From Candidatus Woesearchaeota archaeon (GTDB lineage Archaea; Nanobdellota; Nanobdellia; Pacearchaeales; GW2011-AR1), in contig CAZZNU010000002.1 of the NCBI GenBank assembly GCA_964655925.1, positions 1-36,096 on the forward strand: a stretch of DNA of 36,096 nt, given 5' to 3'. Within the stretch, counting starts at the first letter, position 1, and each line of letters opens with the position of its first letter. The translations under genes and the position numbers were made by a program. Shown here piece by piece: positions 1-8,188 of this stretch. The notes below the pieces were generated by a model. That model searched no databases, was not told the origin of the DNA, and was given only the letters and a program-made list of their open reading frames with translations.

Positions 1-26
1 TTAATAATACATCTATAATACATAAT

Positions 27-1439
27 ATGAACGAAAATTTTGAAGAATTTGTATTGAATTTTTTTAGAAAATTGAAGTGTGACATAGCAGATGATGGTGT
101 TGGATTTATCATAAAAAACATTCCAAAAAGTTTTATAGATATACTAGATATACCTGAACCATTAAAAATATCTTTTAAAAAAATAGAAGATTATAATTAC
201 TTACATCCTAATTCTTACATATTTAGGATCATTGAGAAATATCTTGACAATGCAGGTAAAACTACATTATTAAAAATAGATTTTGACATAAGCCCGGGAG
301 ATGAGATAAAAAAATTATTAAATTTTAAAAATTGTTCTATTGGCACTATTGAAAAAAAACATAAAAACAACTTCTTCACTAGATTTAGTTTTTTAAGCGT
401 ATTTAATTATTTAACTGAAAGAGAGCAACTTCTAAATGAAATATATGTATACGAGAATAGAGTAATAGAAGGGGATTTGACTGGATATAAAGTTATAGAA
501 GCTAATAATATAGAAACTGAAATAAAAAATATGCAAGAATATTACAATATAGCAAAAGAAAAGTTAAAATTATTAATAGAAGATAAGAAAAAAGATATTG
601 AAAATATTCTTGTGGATAATTTAAATGAAGAGACCAAGAGAATTAATGAATATTATGATGTGCGATTATCTGAATTAGGAGGAGACCTGTCAAAACAATT
701 AAAGAAAATTAAAGAACTAGAATTAGAACTAAGGCTTTCGGATGATAGTAAAAAAAATGAATTAAAAGAAAGAATAGAAAGACTCCAAAAAGGATTGCTA
801 AAAATTGCAGATGACGATGCCAAAAATAGAGTATTAAGAGAAAAGGAGTTTAGTGTACAAAACGCTAAACAAAAATTCAGCTTGAATATATCGAACAAAT
901 TAATTAACACTACTGCCATATACTACCCTATATATAACTTCAAATTATTATTAAATTTAGAAAGTAATAAAGGTGTATCATCGACGACTAGTAGATTAGT
1001 AGATATAACATATAACCCTCTAACAAAAAACTTCAGTGAACTACATTGTGAAAGTTGTAATGTTAATATTCGTGAAATTTTACTATGTTCCTCAGGACAT
1101 ATTGTGTGTAATAATTGTTTGCAAAAATGTGAAGAATGTGGAAAAGTTTATTGTAAAAAATGTTTAACCAAATCTTGTTCGATTTGTGCTAAAAAACTAT
1201 GTAAAAATTGCTTTAAAATTTGCAATAAATGCAACAAGTATGTGTGTTTTAATTGCTTAAGAAAGGATTGCGTAACAGGAGAAGATTTTTGTTTGGATTG
1301 TCTAAGAGCCTGTAGTAAATGCCATGGACTAACACAAGAAAAATTTTTTGGCATATCCGATAATGGAAGCAAAATTTGTCAAAAGTGCTTAGCTAGTGAA
1401 AATAGAAATAAAATTATTGAGCAAATATTTGATTCTTAG
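27..1439 (+). CDS. Hypothetical protein: N-terminal globular region, central K/E-rich coiled coil, C-terminal cluster of 11 CxxC motifs (multi zinc-ribbon)
   Basis: 470-aa ORF with ATG start. Residues ~160-270 are K/E/L-rich and coiled-coil-like. Residues ~341-455 contain CESC, CNNC, CEEC, CKKC, CSIC, CKNC, CNKC, CFNC, CLDC, CSKC and CQKC. No known family recognised by eye. Confidence 0.6.
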   Translation: MNENFEEFVLNFFRKLKCDIADDGVGFIIKNIPKSFIDILDIPEPLKISFKKIEDYNYLHPNSYIFRIIEKYLDNAGKTTLLKIDFDISPGDEIKKLLNFKNCSIGTIEKKHKNNFFTRFSFLSVFNYLTEREQLLNEIYVYENRVIEGDLTGYKVIEANNIETEIKNMQEYYNIAKEKLKLLIEDKKKDIENILVDNLNEETKRINEYYDVRLSELGGDLSKQLKKIKELELELRLSDDSKKNELKERIERLQKGLLKIADDDAKNRVLREKEFSVQNAKQKFSLNISNKLINTTAIYYPIYNFKLLLNLESNKGVSSTTSRLVDITYNPLTKNFSELHCESCNVNIREILLCSSGHIVCNNCLQKCEECGKVYCKKCLTKSCSICAKKLCKNCFKICNKCNKYVCFNCLRKDCVTGEDFCLDCLRACSKCHGLTQEKFFGISDNGSKICQKCLASENRNKIIEQIFDS

Positions 1440-2167
1440 CTATTATTTAATATTGAATACCCGAAGTTGTCTATTTTCTCTATTATATCTCTATCTCCTT
1501 CTGTTTGAATTTTACCATCCGAGACGACAAACACTCTACTTGGTGTAATTTCTTCAAATATTCTTTTATAATGAGATATAATCAAGATTATTTTATTTTT
1601 TTTATCTAACAGATTAATTGCCCTTGAAATTACTTTTAGGGCATCAATATCTAAACCTGAGTCAATTTCGTCTAAAATTATAATTTTGGGATTTAGAACT
1701 AATAATTGTAACATTTCAGATTTCTTTTTTTCTCCTCCTGAGAATCCTTGGTTTAGATATCTATAAATAAATTCTTCATCAATATCCAATAATTTACATT
1801 TTTCTTTTAGTAGTTTATCAAATTCTAATATAGATATTTTTTTATTCATAGAATTATAAGCTGTTCTCAAGAACTCATAAAATGTAACACCAGGTATTTC
1901 TGTTGGAACCTGAAAAGACATAAATATTCCTTTCTTAGCCCTTACTTCTATAGGCATCCTGGTAATATCTTCTTTGTTTAATAATATTTTACCCGATACT
2001 ATTTCATATTTTGGATTGCCCATTAATACATTTGCGAAGGTTGATTTACCAGAACCGTTTTTCCCCATTAGTGCATATATATTACCATATTCTAGTTCCA
2101 AATTAAAATCATCTAATATATCTTTACCTTCCATTCCAACTGTAAGATTTTCTATTTCTAATTTCAT
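1436..2167 (-). CDS. sufC: Fe-S cluster assembly ATPase SufC
   Basis: Walker A GKNGSGKST, ABC signature FSGGEKKK, Walker B IIILDEIDSGLD, and SufC-typical GNPKYEI..G and FQVPTEIPGV. The start is moved to the internal ATG at 2165-2167, which forms an ATGA overlap with the upstream gene's stop; the track start at 2206 is probably an over-extension. Confidence 0.92.
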   Translation of the reverse strand: MKLEIENLTVGMEGKDILDDFNLELEYGNIYALMGKNGSGKSTFANVLMGNPKYEIVSGKILLNKEDITRMPIEVRAKKGIFMSFQVPTEIPGVTFYEFLRTAYNSMNKKISILEFDKLLKEKCKLLDIDEEFIYRYLNQGFSGGEKKKSEMLQLLVLNPKIIILDEIDSGLDIDALKVISRAINLLDKKNKIILIISHYKRIFEEITPSRVFVVSDGKIQTEGDRDIIEKIDNFGYSILNNS

Positions 2168-2520
2168 TTTACCCTCTTTAATGCTTCTAATGGCAATAGT
2201 TCGCAATTTATTCTAGTTTCAATTATTTTCATTCCTAATAATTCATCAATATCTTTTTTAGTCATTTTTTTTATTTCGTCTAATGTTTTTCCTCTAATAT
2301 TTTCTAACAATATTGATGCTGAAATTGTGCTTACAAAACAAGTTTTTCCATAATATTTAGCATCAAGAACAATATTATTTTTTATCTGCAAATCTATAGT
2401 TATCTCATCGGCACAACTAATATTCTTAAGTTTTACTTGATGTGTTTTTTTATCTAGTTTACCAAAATTTGGTTTCTCTGCGTACAATTCTAGCATCTGT
2501 TTTTCGTATATTGGTTTCAT
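2164..2520 (-). CDS. IscU/SufU-like Fe-S scaffold protein
   Basis: 118 aa with three conserved Cys contexts: SCADE (C-x-D), GKTCFVSTISAS and RINCELLPLEAL. It lies between sufB and sufC with 4-nt start/stop overlaps on both sides. Confidence 0.75.
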   Translation of the reverse strand: MKPIYEKQMLELYAEKPNFGKLDKKTHQVKLKNISCADEITIDLQIKNNIVLDAKYYGKTCFVSTISASILLENIRGKTLDEIKKMTKKDIDELLGMKIIETRINCELLPLEALKRVK

Positions 2521-3845
2521 AAGACTGAATTTTCTATTTCTAATTGTATTAATTTATTTAGTTCTGCTGCATATTCTAAAGGTAGCTCTTTTACTATTGG
2601 TTCTATAAAACCTGCTACAATCATTTTCATTGCTTCTGACTCGTTTAACCCTCTAGACATTAAATAAAACAACTCTTCCTCTCCTACTTTCCCTACAACT
2701 GCTTCGTGAGAAACCTTTACATTATTTTCAGATACTTCCATTGAGGGATATGTGAATGCCTTGCTATTATCATCCATCATTAATCCATCGCATTTAACAC
2801 TTGTTATTGCATTTTTAGCTCCTTTGTCTATTTTTACTACCCCTCTATACGAACTTACTCCTCCAGAAATACTAATACCTTTACTGACGACATAAGAAGA
2901 GGTATTTTCCCCTATATGTACCACCTTACAACCTGTGTCTTGATATTGTCCGTTCCCTGCATATGCTATTCCAAGATATTCTGTTTTAGAATTGTCTCCT
3001 AACAGTATACTGCAAGGATAAAGCATTGATACTTTACTTCCTAAATTACCATTTATCCATTCTAGAGTACCTCCCTCTTCGACTATTCCCCTCTTTGTGT
3101 TTAAGTTGTAAGTGTTTTTACTCCAATTTTCTATACTTGAATATTTCACCTTAGCGTTTTTCATTACGAATATTTCTACACATCCTACATGCAATGAATT
3201 TTCATCGTATTGAGGTGCTGAACATCCCTCTATATAGTGAAGAGAAGAACCTTCATCTGCTATGATTAATGTATGTTCAAATTGACCCGCTTTTTTAGAG
3301 TTCATTCTGAAATATGCTTGTAGTGGTAAATCTACTTCAACATTTTTAGGGATATATATAAAAGTCCCTCCACTCCACACCGCTGCATGTAACGCTGAAA
3401 ATTTATGTAGTGATGGTGATACACATCTAGTCATAAAATATTCTTGCACCATTTCTGGATGTGTTTTAACAGCTTCATCCATATCCAAAAAAATTACACC
3501 TAAGTCTTCTAAATGTTTTTTCAAATTATGATATATTATTTCTGATTCATATTGGGCTCCAACTCCGCCTAGGGATTTCTTCTCTGCTTCAGGAATTCCC
3601 AACTTATCATATATCTCTCTTATGCCTGATGGAATATCTTCCCAGTTTTTACTTCTTCTATTAATACCTGTCTTAATGAAATAGTTGATTTCTTCTAAAA
3701 TTAAGTCTGATAGATTTGGGCCAAAACTTGGCATTTTCTTTTCATCGAATATTTTCAAGGCTTCTAGTCTTTTTTCCAACATCCATTCAGGTTCTTCCTT
3801 CTCTTTTGATATTTGTTCTACTATTTGTTTTAAAAAGTTCGACAT
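2517..3845 (-). CDS. sufB: Fe-S cluster assembly protein SufB
   Basis: 442 aa. The C-terminal region SHEAVVGKVGEEELFYLMSRGLNESEAMKMIVAGFIEPIVKELPLEYAAELNKLI is typical of SufB. First gene of the sufB-sufU-sufC operon. Confidence 0.92.
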   Translation of the reverse strand: MSNFLKQIVEQISKEKEEPEWMLEKRLEALKIFDEKKMPSFGPNLSDLILEEINYFIKTGINRRSKNWEDIPSGIREIYDKLGIPEAEKKSLGGVGAQYESEIIYHNLKKHLEDLGVIFLDMDEAVKTHPEMVQEYFMTRCVSPSLHKFSALHAAVWSGGTFIYIPKNVEVDLPLQAYFRMNSKKAGQFEHTLIIADEGSSLHYIEGCSAPQYDENSLHVGCVEIFVMKNAKVKYSSIENWSKNTYNLNTKRGIVEEGGTLEWINGNLGSKVSMLYPCSILLGDNSKTEYLGIAYAGNGQYQDTGCKVVHIGENTSSYVVSKGISISGGVSSYRGVVKIDKGAKNAITSVKCDGLMMDDNSKAFTYPSMEVSENNVKVSHEAVVGKVGEEELFYLMSRGLNESEAMKMIVAGFIEPIVKELPLEYAAELNKLIQLEIENSVL

Positions 3846-3866
3846 AAAAAAATGTAAGCATAAATG

Positions 3867-3897
3867 TTTATAAAGTTATATGAAATATATTTCATAT
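3867..3897. promoter_or_regulatory. Divergent sufB/iscS control region: palindromic TATA-like TTTATAAA (3867-3874) plus a perfect 20-bp palindrome ATATGAAAT-AT-ATTTCATAT (3878-3897)
   Basis: Read directly. The TATA-like box lies 22-29 nt from the sufB ATG (3845) and 35-42 nt from the iscS ATG (3909). The palindrome sits between the box and the iscS start. Confidence 0.4.
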
Positions 3898-3908
3898 GTT
3901 TAATTTCC

Positions 3909-5060
3909 ATGGAAAAAATTATTTACCTAGATAATGCTGCGACGACAAAAGTAGATGAAAGAGTAATGAAAAGTATGATACCTTATTTTTCTGATAAATA
4001 TGGAAATGCTTCTTCGACATATTTTTTCGGATTAGATTCTAAAAATGTATTAGAAAATTCAAGGAAAATAATAGCGAAATCTGTCGGAGCAAACCCTGAA
4101 GAAATTTATTTTACTTCTGGGGGGACCGAAGGAAATAATTTGGCATTAAAAGGGCTTTTCTTTTATAATATGGAAAACAATACTGGCAAAAATCATATTA
4201 TTACATCTAAAATAGAACACGACTCTATAATAAATACATGTAAGTGGTTAGAAAGACAAGGTGCAAAAGTTACATATCTAGATGTTGATGAATATGGATT
4301 TGTAGACTTGAAGCATCTAAAAAGAGAAATCAATGATAAAACAATCGTGGTTTCTATTATTCATGGTAATAATGAAATAGGAACTATACAAAGTTTAGAT
4401 AAAATCGGGAAAATTTGTAGAGAGAAAAATGTCTTGTTTCATACAGATGCTTGCCAAAGTTACACTAAAGCTTTTATTGATGTGGAGAAACAAAATATTG
4501 ACTTGATGACTTTAAATTCTCACAAGATTCATGGACCAAAAGGAATTGGTGTTTTATACATAAAAAACAATGTAAAAATTATACCTATTATTCATGGTGG
4601 GGAACACGAAATGGGAATCAGAAGCGGTACTGAAAACATCCCAGGTGTTGTGGGATTTAGTGAAGCTGTAAAATTGTCTGACAAAGAACATATTGATAAA
4701 ATGATTAAGTTGAGAAACAAATTAATTGATGCTATCCTAAATATACCTAATACCAATTTAAATGGACCTAGAGACTCTAGGTTGTGCAATAATGTCAACA
4801 TAACATTTAACAACATAGATGGGGAGTCTCTTGGGAGATTCTTGGAAATAGAAGGCATATGTACTTCAACTGGCAGTGCTTGCGCATCACATACTAAACA
4901 ATCAAGTCATGTATTAAAAGCAATAGGAAGAACACAAGAACAAATAGAAAGTTCTATTAGAATCTCTATAAGCAAATACACGAGTGATGAAGAAGTTGAT
5001 TTCACTTTGAAAAATCTAGAAATAATTACAAAAAAATTAAGAAAAAATGTCGTGGAATAA
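3909..5060 (+). CDS. iscS: Cysteine desulfurase (class I, IscS/NifS-like)
   Basis: N-terminus IYLDNAATT, PLP-lysine motif SHKIHGPKGIG, catalytic Cys loop STGSACASH. The start is set at ATG 3909 (MEKIIYLDNAATT); the track start at 3864 adds a hydrophobic non-homologous extension. Confidence 0.9.
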   Translation: MEKIIYLDNAATTKVDERVMKSMIPYFSDKYGNASSTYFFGLDSKNVLENSRKIIAKSVGANPEEIYFTSGGTEGNNLALKGLFFYNMENNTGKNHIITSKIEHDSIINTCKWLERQGAKVTYLDVDEYGFVDLKHLKREINDKTIVVSIIHGNNEIGTIQSLDKIGKICREKNVLFHTDACQSYTKAFIDVEKQNIDLMTLNSHKIHGPKGIGVLYIKNNVKIIPIIHGGEHEMGIRSGTENIPGVVGFSEAVKLSDKEHIDKMIKLRNKLIDAILNIPNTNLNGPRDSRLCNNVNITFNNIDGESLGRFLEIEGICTSTGSACASHTKQSSHVLKAIGRTQEQIESSIRISISKYTSDEEVDFTLKNLEIITKKLRKNVVE

Positions 5061-7652
5061 TTATCTATTGAGAATCTGGGATTGTGCTGCCGACAATCTT
5101 GCTATTGGAACTCTATATGGAGAGCAACTAATATAGTCTAATCCTACCTTATGAAAGAAATCTATTGATGTCGGGTCTCCTCCATGTTCTCCACATACAC
5201 CTAGTTTTAGACTAGAATTTGTTTTTTTGCCTTTCTTAGATGCTGTTTCTATTAAGAGTCCAACTCCTTCTATATCTAATGTTTGAAATGGGTCTTTTTT
5301 TAATATTCCTTTATCAATATATTCAGGCATAAACTTCGAAACATCATCACGGCTATATCCTAGAGTCATTTGGGTTAAGTCATTAGTTCCAAAACTAAAA
5401 AAGTCTGCTTGTTTTGCTATTTCATCAGCAGTTAGTGCTCCTCTTGGAATTTCTATCATCGTTCCAACTGAATATTTCTTGTAATTTGTCATTTTTGCAA
5501 CCTCATCAATTATATTTTTTTGGTTCTGAAATTCTCTAACATTACCGACAAAAGGAATCATAATCTCTACATTTGTTTTCGCTTTTTTAGCTTCTTCTAT
5601 AATAGCCTTTATTTGCATTTTTGTTATTTCAGGATATGTTATACCTATCCTACATCCTCTATGTCCTAACATTGGGTTTACTTCTCCTAGTTCTTTAATT
5701 TTATTTTTTAATTGTTTAATTGAGATATTTTGTTCTAGAGCTACTTTTTTAATTTCATTTTCATTTTTAGGTAAAAACTCATGTAATGGTGGATCTAGCA
5801 ACCTGATAGTTATTGGTTTCTTTTTGACAATTTGGAACAATTCCTTGAAATCTTTTTTCTGAAACGGTAGTAATTTAAGTAAAGCTTTTTCTCTTTCTTT
5901 GGTATTATCAGATAAAATCATTTCCTGCATTATTTTGATTCGTTCTTTGTCAAAGAACATATGCTCTGTTCTACACAGGCCGACTCCCTCTGCTCCAAAA
6001 CTCATCGCTATTTTTGCATCTTTAGGATTGTCCGCATTTGCTCTGACTTTTAGTTTTTTAATTTTGTCTACCCACTCCATTATTATTATAAAATCTTTAT
6101 TTAAATTCGCTTTTATTGTCTCTAATTTTCCCTTAAATACTTCCCCTGTTGAACCATCTAACGTAATAAAATCTCCCTCTCTAAATTCTTTGTTATTAAC
6201 AATCATTTTCTTTTTATTTTCATATATTTTTATTTCTGAGCAACCTACGATACAACATTTGCCCATGCCTCTAGCAACGACAGCAGCATGAGAAGTCATA
6301 CCACCACGACTTGTTAGAATACCTTTTGATATATTCATGCCTTCTATATCTTCTGGAGATGTTTCATCTCTAACTAATATCACTGATTCTCCTCTAGAAT
6401 AATATTTTTTTGCATCGTCTGCATTAAACACTACTCTACCAACAGCTGCGCCTGGAGAAGCAGGCAAGCCGACAGTCAATAACTCACTTTTCTTTTTAGA
6501 ATTAGAATCTAGTCTTTCGTGCAACAACTGTTCTAGAGACTCTGGATTTATTTTTAGTAATGCTTCTTCTTTTGTAAGTAACTTTTCTTTTACAAAATCT
6601 ATTGCAATTCTTAATGCTGCTTGGGATGTTCGTTTCCCACTCCTTGTTTGTAAAATATATAGTTTGCCTTCTTGAATGGTAAACTCTATATCTTGCATGT
6701 CTTTGTAGTGAGATTCTAATTTATCTTTGATTAAAATTAATTCTTTGTAAATTTTGAGGTTTTTATACTTTAGAGACTCAATTGACTTTGGAGTTCTAAT
6801 ACCAGCCACGATATCTTCACCTTGAGCATTTGTTAGATACTCTCCGTAGAATTTATTCTCTCCGGTAGAAGGGTTTCTGCTAAAACAAACACCTGTACCT
6901 GATGTTTCTCCCATATTCCCAAAAACCATCTCTTGCACATTTACAGCTGTTCCTAATAATTTATCTATATGATTTAATTTTCTATAAAAAATTGCTCTAG
7001 CGTTATTCCACGAATCAAATACTGTAGTTATAGTCATTAAAAGTTGTTGTTGCACATCTTGAGGGAATTTTTTCCCACTTGTTTTTATTATTACCCTTTT
7101 ATACTGTTCAATGATTTTTTTAAGCTCCTCAATGCTTAACTCTGTATCATTTTTTATTTGCTTTTTATTCTTGATAGAATTTAATATGCTTTTGAACTTT
7201 TCTTGTGGAACATTCATTACTACATCTCCAAATGCCTGGATAAAACGCCTATATGTATCTAAAGCAAATTTTTCATTTTTAGTTTTGGCAGCCAATGCCA
7301 AGATAGTTTTATCATTTAAACCTAAATTTAATAACGAATCCATCATTCCTGGCATTGACGCAGGAGAACCAGAACGAACAGAAACTAGTAATGGATTCTT
7401 CTCACACCCGAATCTTTTACCTGTTTCTTTTTCTAATAACTTTAGATGTTTTAGTATTTGGCTAGCAACAGCATTGTTTATTTTTCTATTTTCTTTATAG
7501 TATAAATTGCATGCTTGAGTTGTTATGGTAAAACCAGAAGGAACAGGTATTTTTATTGATGTCATCTCCGCTAAATTGGCCCCTTTGCCTCCTAACAATT
7601 CTTTCATATCTCTATTCCCCTCTTTAAAAGAATAAACAAATTTCTTCACCAC
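5061..7652 (-). CDS. ppdK: Pyruvate, phosphate dikinase
   Basis: 863 aa. Phosphohistidine motif GGMTSHAAVVARGMG, N-terminal ATP-grasp region, C-terminal PEP/pyruvate-binding GVCGEHGGDP. GTG start at 7650-7652. The stop directly abuts the iscS stop (5060/5061). Confidence 0.95.
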   Translation of the reverse strand: MVKKFVYSFKEGNRDMKELLGGKGANLAEMTSIKIPVPSGFTITTQACNLYYKENRKINNAVASQILKHLKLLEKETGKRFGCEKNPLLVSVRSGSPASMPGMMDSLLNLGLNDKTILALAAKTKNEKFALDTYRRFIQAFGDVVMNVPQEKFKSILNSIKNKKQIKNDTELSIEELKKIIEQYKRVIIKTSGKKFPQDVQQQLLMTITTVFDSWNNARAIFYRKLNHIDKLLGTAVNVQEMVFGNMGETSGTGVCFSRNPSTGENKFYGEYLTNAQGEDIVAGIRTPKSIESLKYKNLKIYKELILIKDKLESHYKDMQDIEFTIQEGKLYILQTRSGKRTSQAALRIAIDFVKEKLLTKEEALLKINPESLEQLLHERLDSNSKKKSELLTVGLPASPGAAVGRVVFNADDAKKYYSRGESVILVRDETSPEDIEGMNISKGILTSRGGMTSHAAVVARGMGKCCIVGCSEIKIYENKKKMIVNNKEFREGDFITLDGSTGEVFKGKLETIKANLNKDFIIIMEWVDKIKKLKVRANADNPKDAKIAMSFGAEGVGLCRTEHMFFDKERIKIMQEMILSDNTKEREKALLKLLPFQKKDFKELFQIVKKKPITIRLLDPPLHEFLPKNENEIKKVALEQNISIKQLKNKIKELGEVNPMLGHRGCRIGITYPEITKMQIKAIIEEAKKAKTNVEIMIPFVGNVREFQNQKNIIDEVAKMTNYKKYSVGTMIEIPRGALTADEIAKQADFFSFGTNDLTQMTLGYSRDDVSKFMPEYIDKGILKKDPFQTLDIEGVGLLIETASKKGKKTNSSLKLGVCGEHGGDPTSIDFFHKVGLDYISCSPYRVPIARLSAAQSQILNR

Positions 7653-7673
7653 TTCATATAATTGTAAATCTAA

Positions 7674-7683
7674 TTTATAAATA
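7674..7683 (-). promoter_or_regulatory. TATA-like box upstream of ppdK
   Basis: The minus strand reads TATTTATAAA, 22-31 nt upstream of the ppdK GTG start. This is a leaderless-type geometry seen repeatedly in this window. Confidence 0.35.
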
Positions 7684-7699
7684 TTTTTGAGGAAGCGAT

Positions 7700-7748
7700 G
7701 TCGACTGTCAACTGTCTACCGTAAACTGTTTACTGTCTGCCGTCAAAT
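7700..7748 (+). repeat. Heptad array 1: 7 tandem 7-bp units of consensus GTNNAC(Y)
   Basis: GTCGACT GTCAACT GTCTACC GTAAACT GTTTACT GTCTGCC GTCAAAT, read directly. Lies between the tRNA-Glu 3' end and the ppdK TATA box. Confidence 0.9.
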
Positions 7749-7758
7749 TTCCTATAAA

Positions 7759-7831
7759 TGCTCCATCCGGGATTTGAACCCGGGTCTCTGCCTTGAAAGG
7801 GCAGTATCCTTGGCCACTAGACTAATGGAGC
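7759..7831 (-). tRNA. tRNA-Glu (anticodon UUC), no encoded CCA
   Basis: 73-nt cloverleaf folded by hand: acceptor GCTCCAT/ATGGAGC, anticodon stem CTGCC/GGCAG with loop CTTTCAA, T-arm CCGGG-TTCAAAT-CCCGG, discriminator A. Confidence 0.93.
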
Positions 7832-7854
7832 ATGTTTATTATTAATTAAAATCA

Positions 7855-7863
7855 TTTTTAAAG
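7855..7863 (-). promoter_or_regulatory. TATA-like box for tRNA-Glu
   Basis: The minus strand reads CTTTAAAAA, 24-32 nt upstream of the tRNA 5' end at 7831. Confidence 0.4.
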
Positions 7864-7885
7864 TTTAGTATTAGATAGAATGTTA

Positions 7886-8050
7886 TTATTTCTTCTTTTG
7901 TGGTCTAAAATCGTTAGCTCCACATTTTCTGCACCTTGCTTTTCCTGAAAGTATTTTTAAGTTATCTAAACGCATTTTGTGTTTACACACTTTACAAATA
8001 AATGCATTCTTGAATAATCTATTTTGTGCTACTGGTAATTTTGTCGCCAT
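7886..8050 (-). CDS. rpl40e: 50S ribosomal protein L40e
   Basis: Hand-translated 54-aa ORF that is absent from the track: MATKLPVAQNRLFKNAFICKVCKHKMRLDNLKILSGKARCRKCGANDFRPQKKK. It has the L40e pattern (R.F...IC..C ... C.KCG...R) with a C4 zinc ribbon and a basic tail. Confidence 0.85.
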   Translation of the reverse strand: MATKLPVAQNRLFKNAFICKVCKHKMRLDNLKILSGKARCRKCGANDFRPQKKK

Positions 8051-8188
8051 AATAAACTATCTAATATCTCCTTTTTAAGTTTTATGTATTGTACTCACAT
8101 AATTGAGCTATGAAAATTAAATTACTCATTTTGTTTAAGAATTATCTATTACAATAATTATTTTAAATGATTTTTGTTATTTTAGTAC

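Noticed and set aside
653-919. Antisense ORFs inside ORF1 (653..919 and 1148..1372, minus strand)
   Set aside because: These are low-complexity S/L/F-rich translations opposite a longer ORF. They are typical shadow ORFs in AT-rich DNA, with no motifs.
1974-2216. Plus-strand 80-aa ORF over sufC and the N-terminal extension of sufC to 2206
   Set aside because: The plus-strand ORF lies opposite the well-supported sufC. The extension MRTIAIRSIKEGK overlaps the upstream gene. The internal ATG at 2167 gives the canonical SufC N-terminus and an ATGA coupling.
3685-3908. ORF 3685..3873 (+) and the iscS start at 3864
   Set aside because: The first is antisense to sufB. The second adds 15 hydrophobic residues that are not part of the desulfurase fold and would begin inside the promoter/TATA region.
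4592-7500. Antisense ORFs 4592..4858 (-), 5899..6291 (+) and 7111..7500 (+)
   Set aside because: They lie opposite the strongly supported iscS and ppdK genes. Their translations are low-complexity and hydrophobic.
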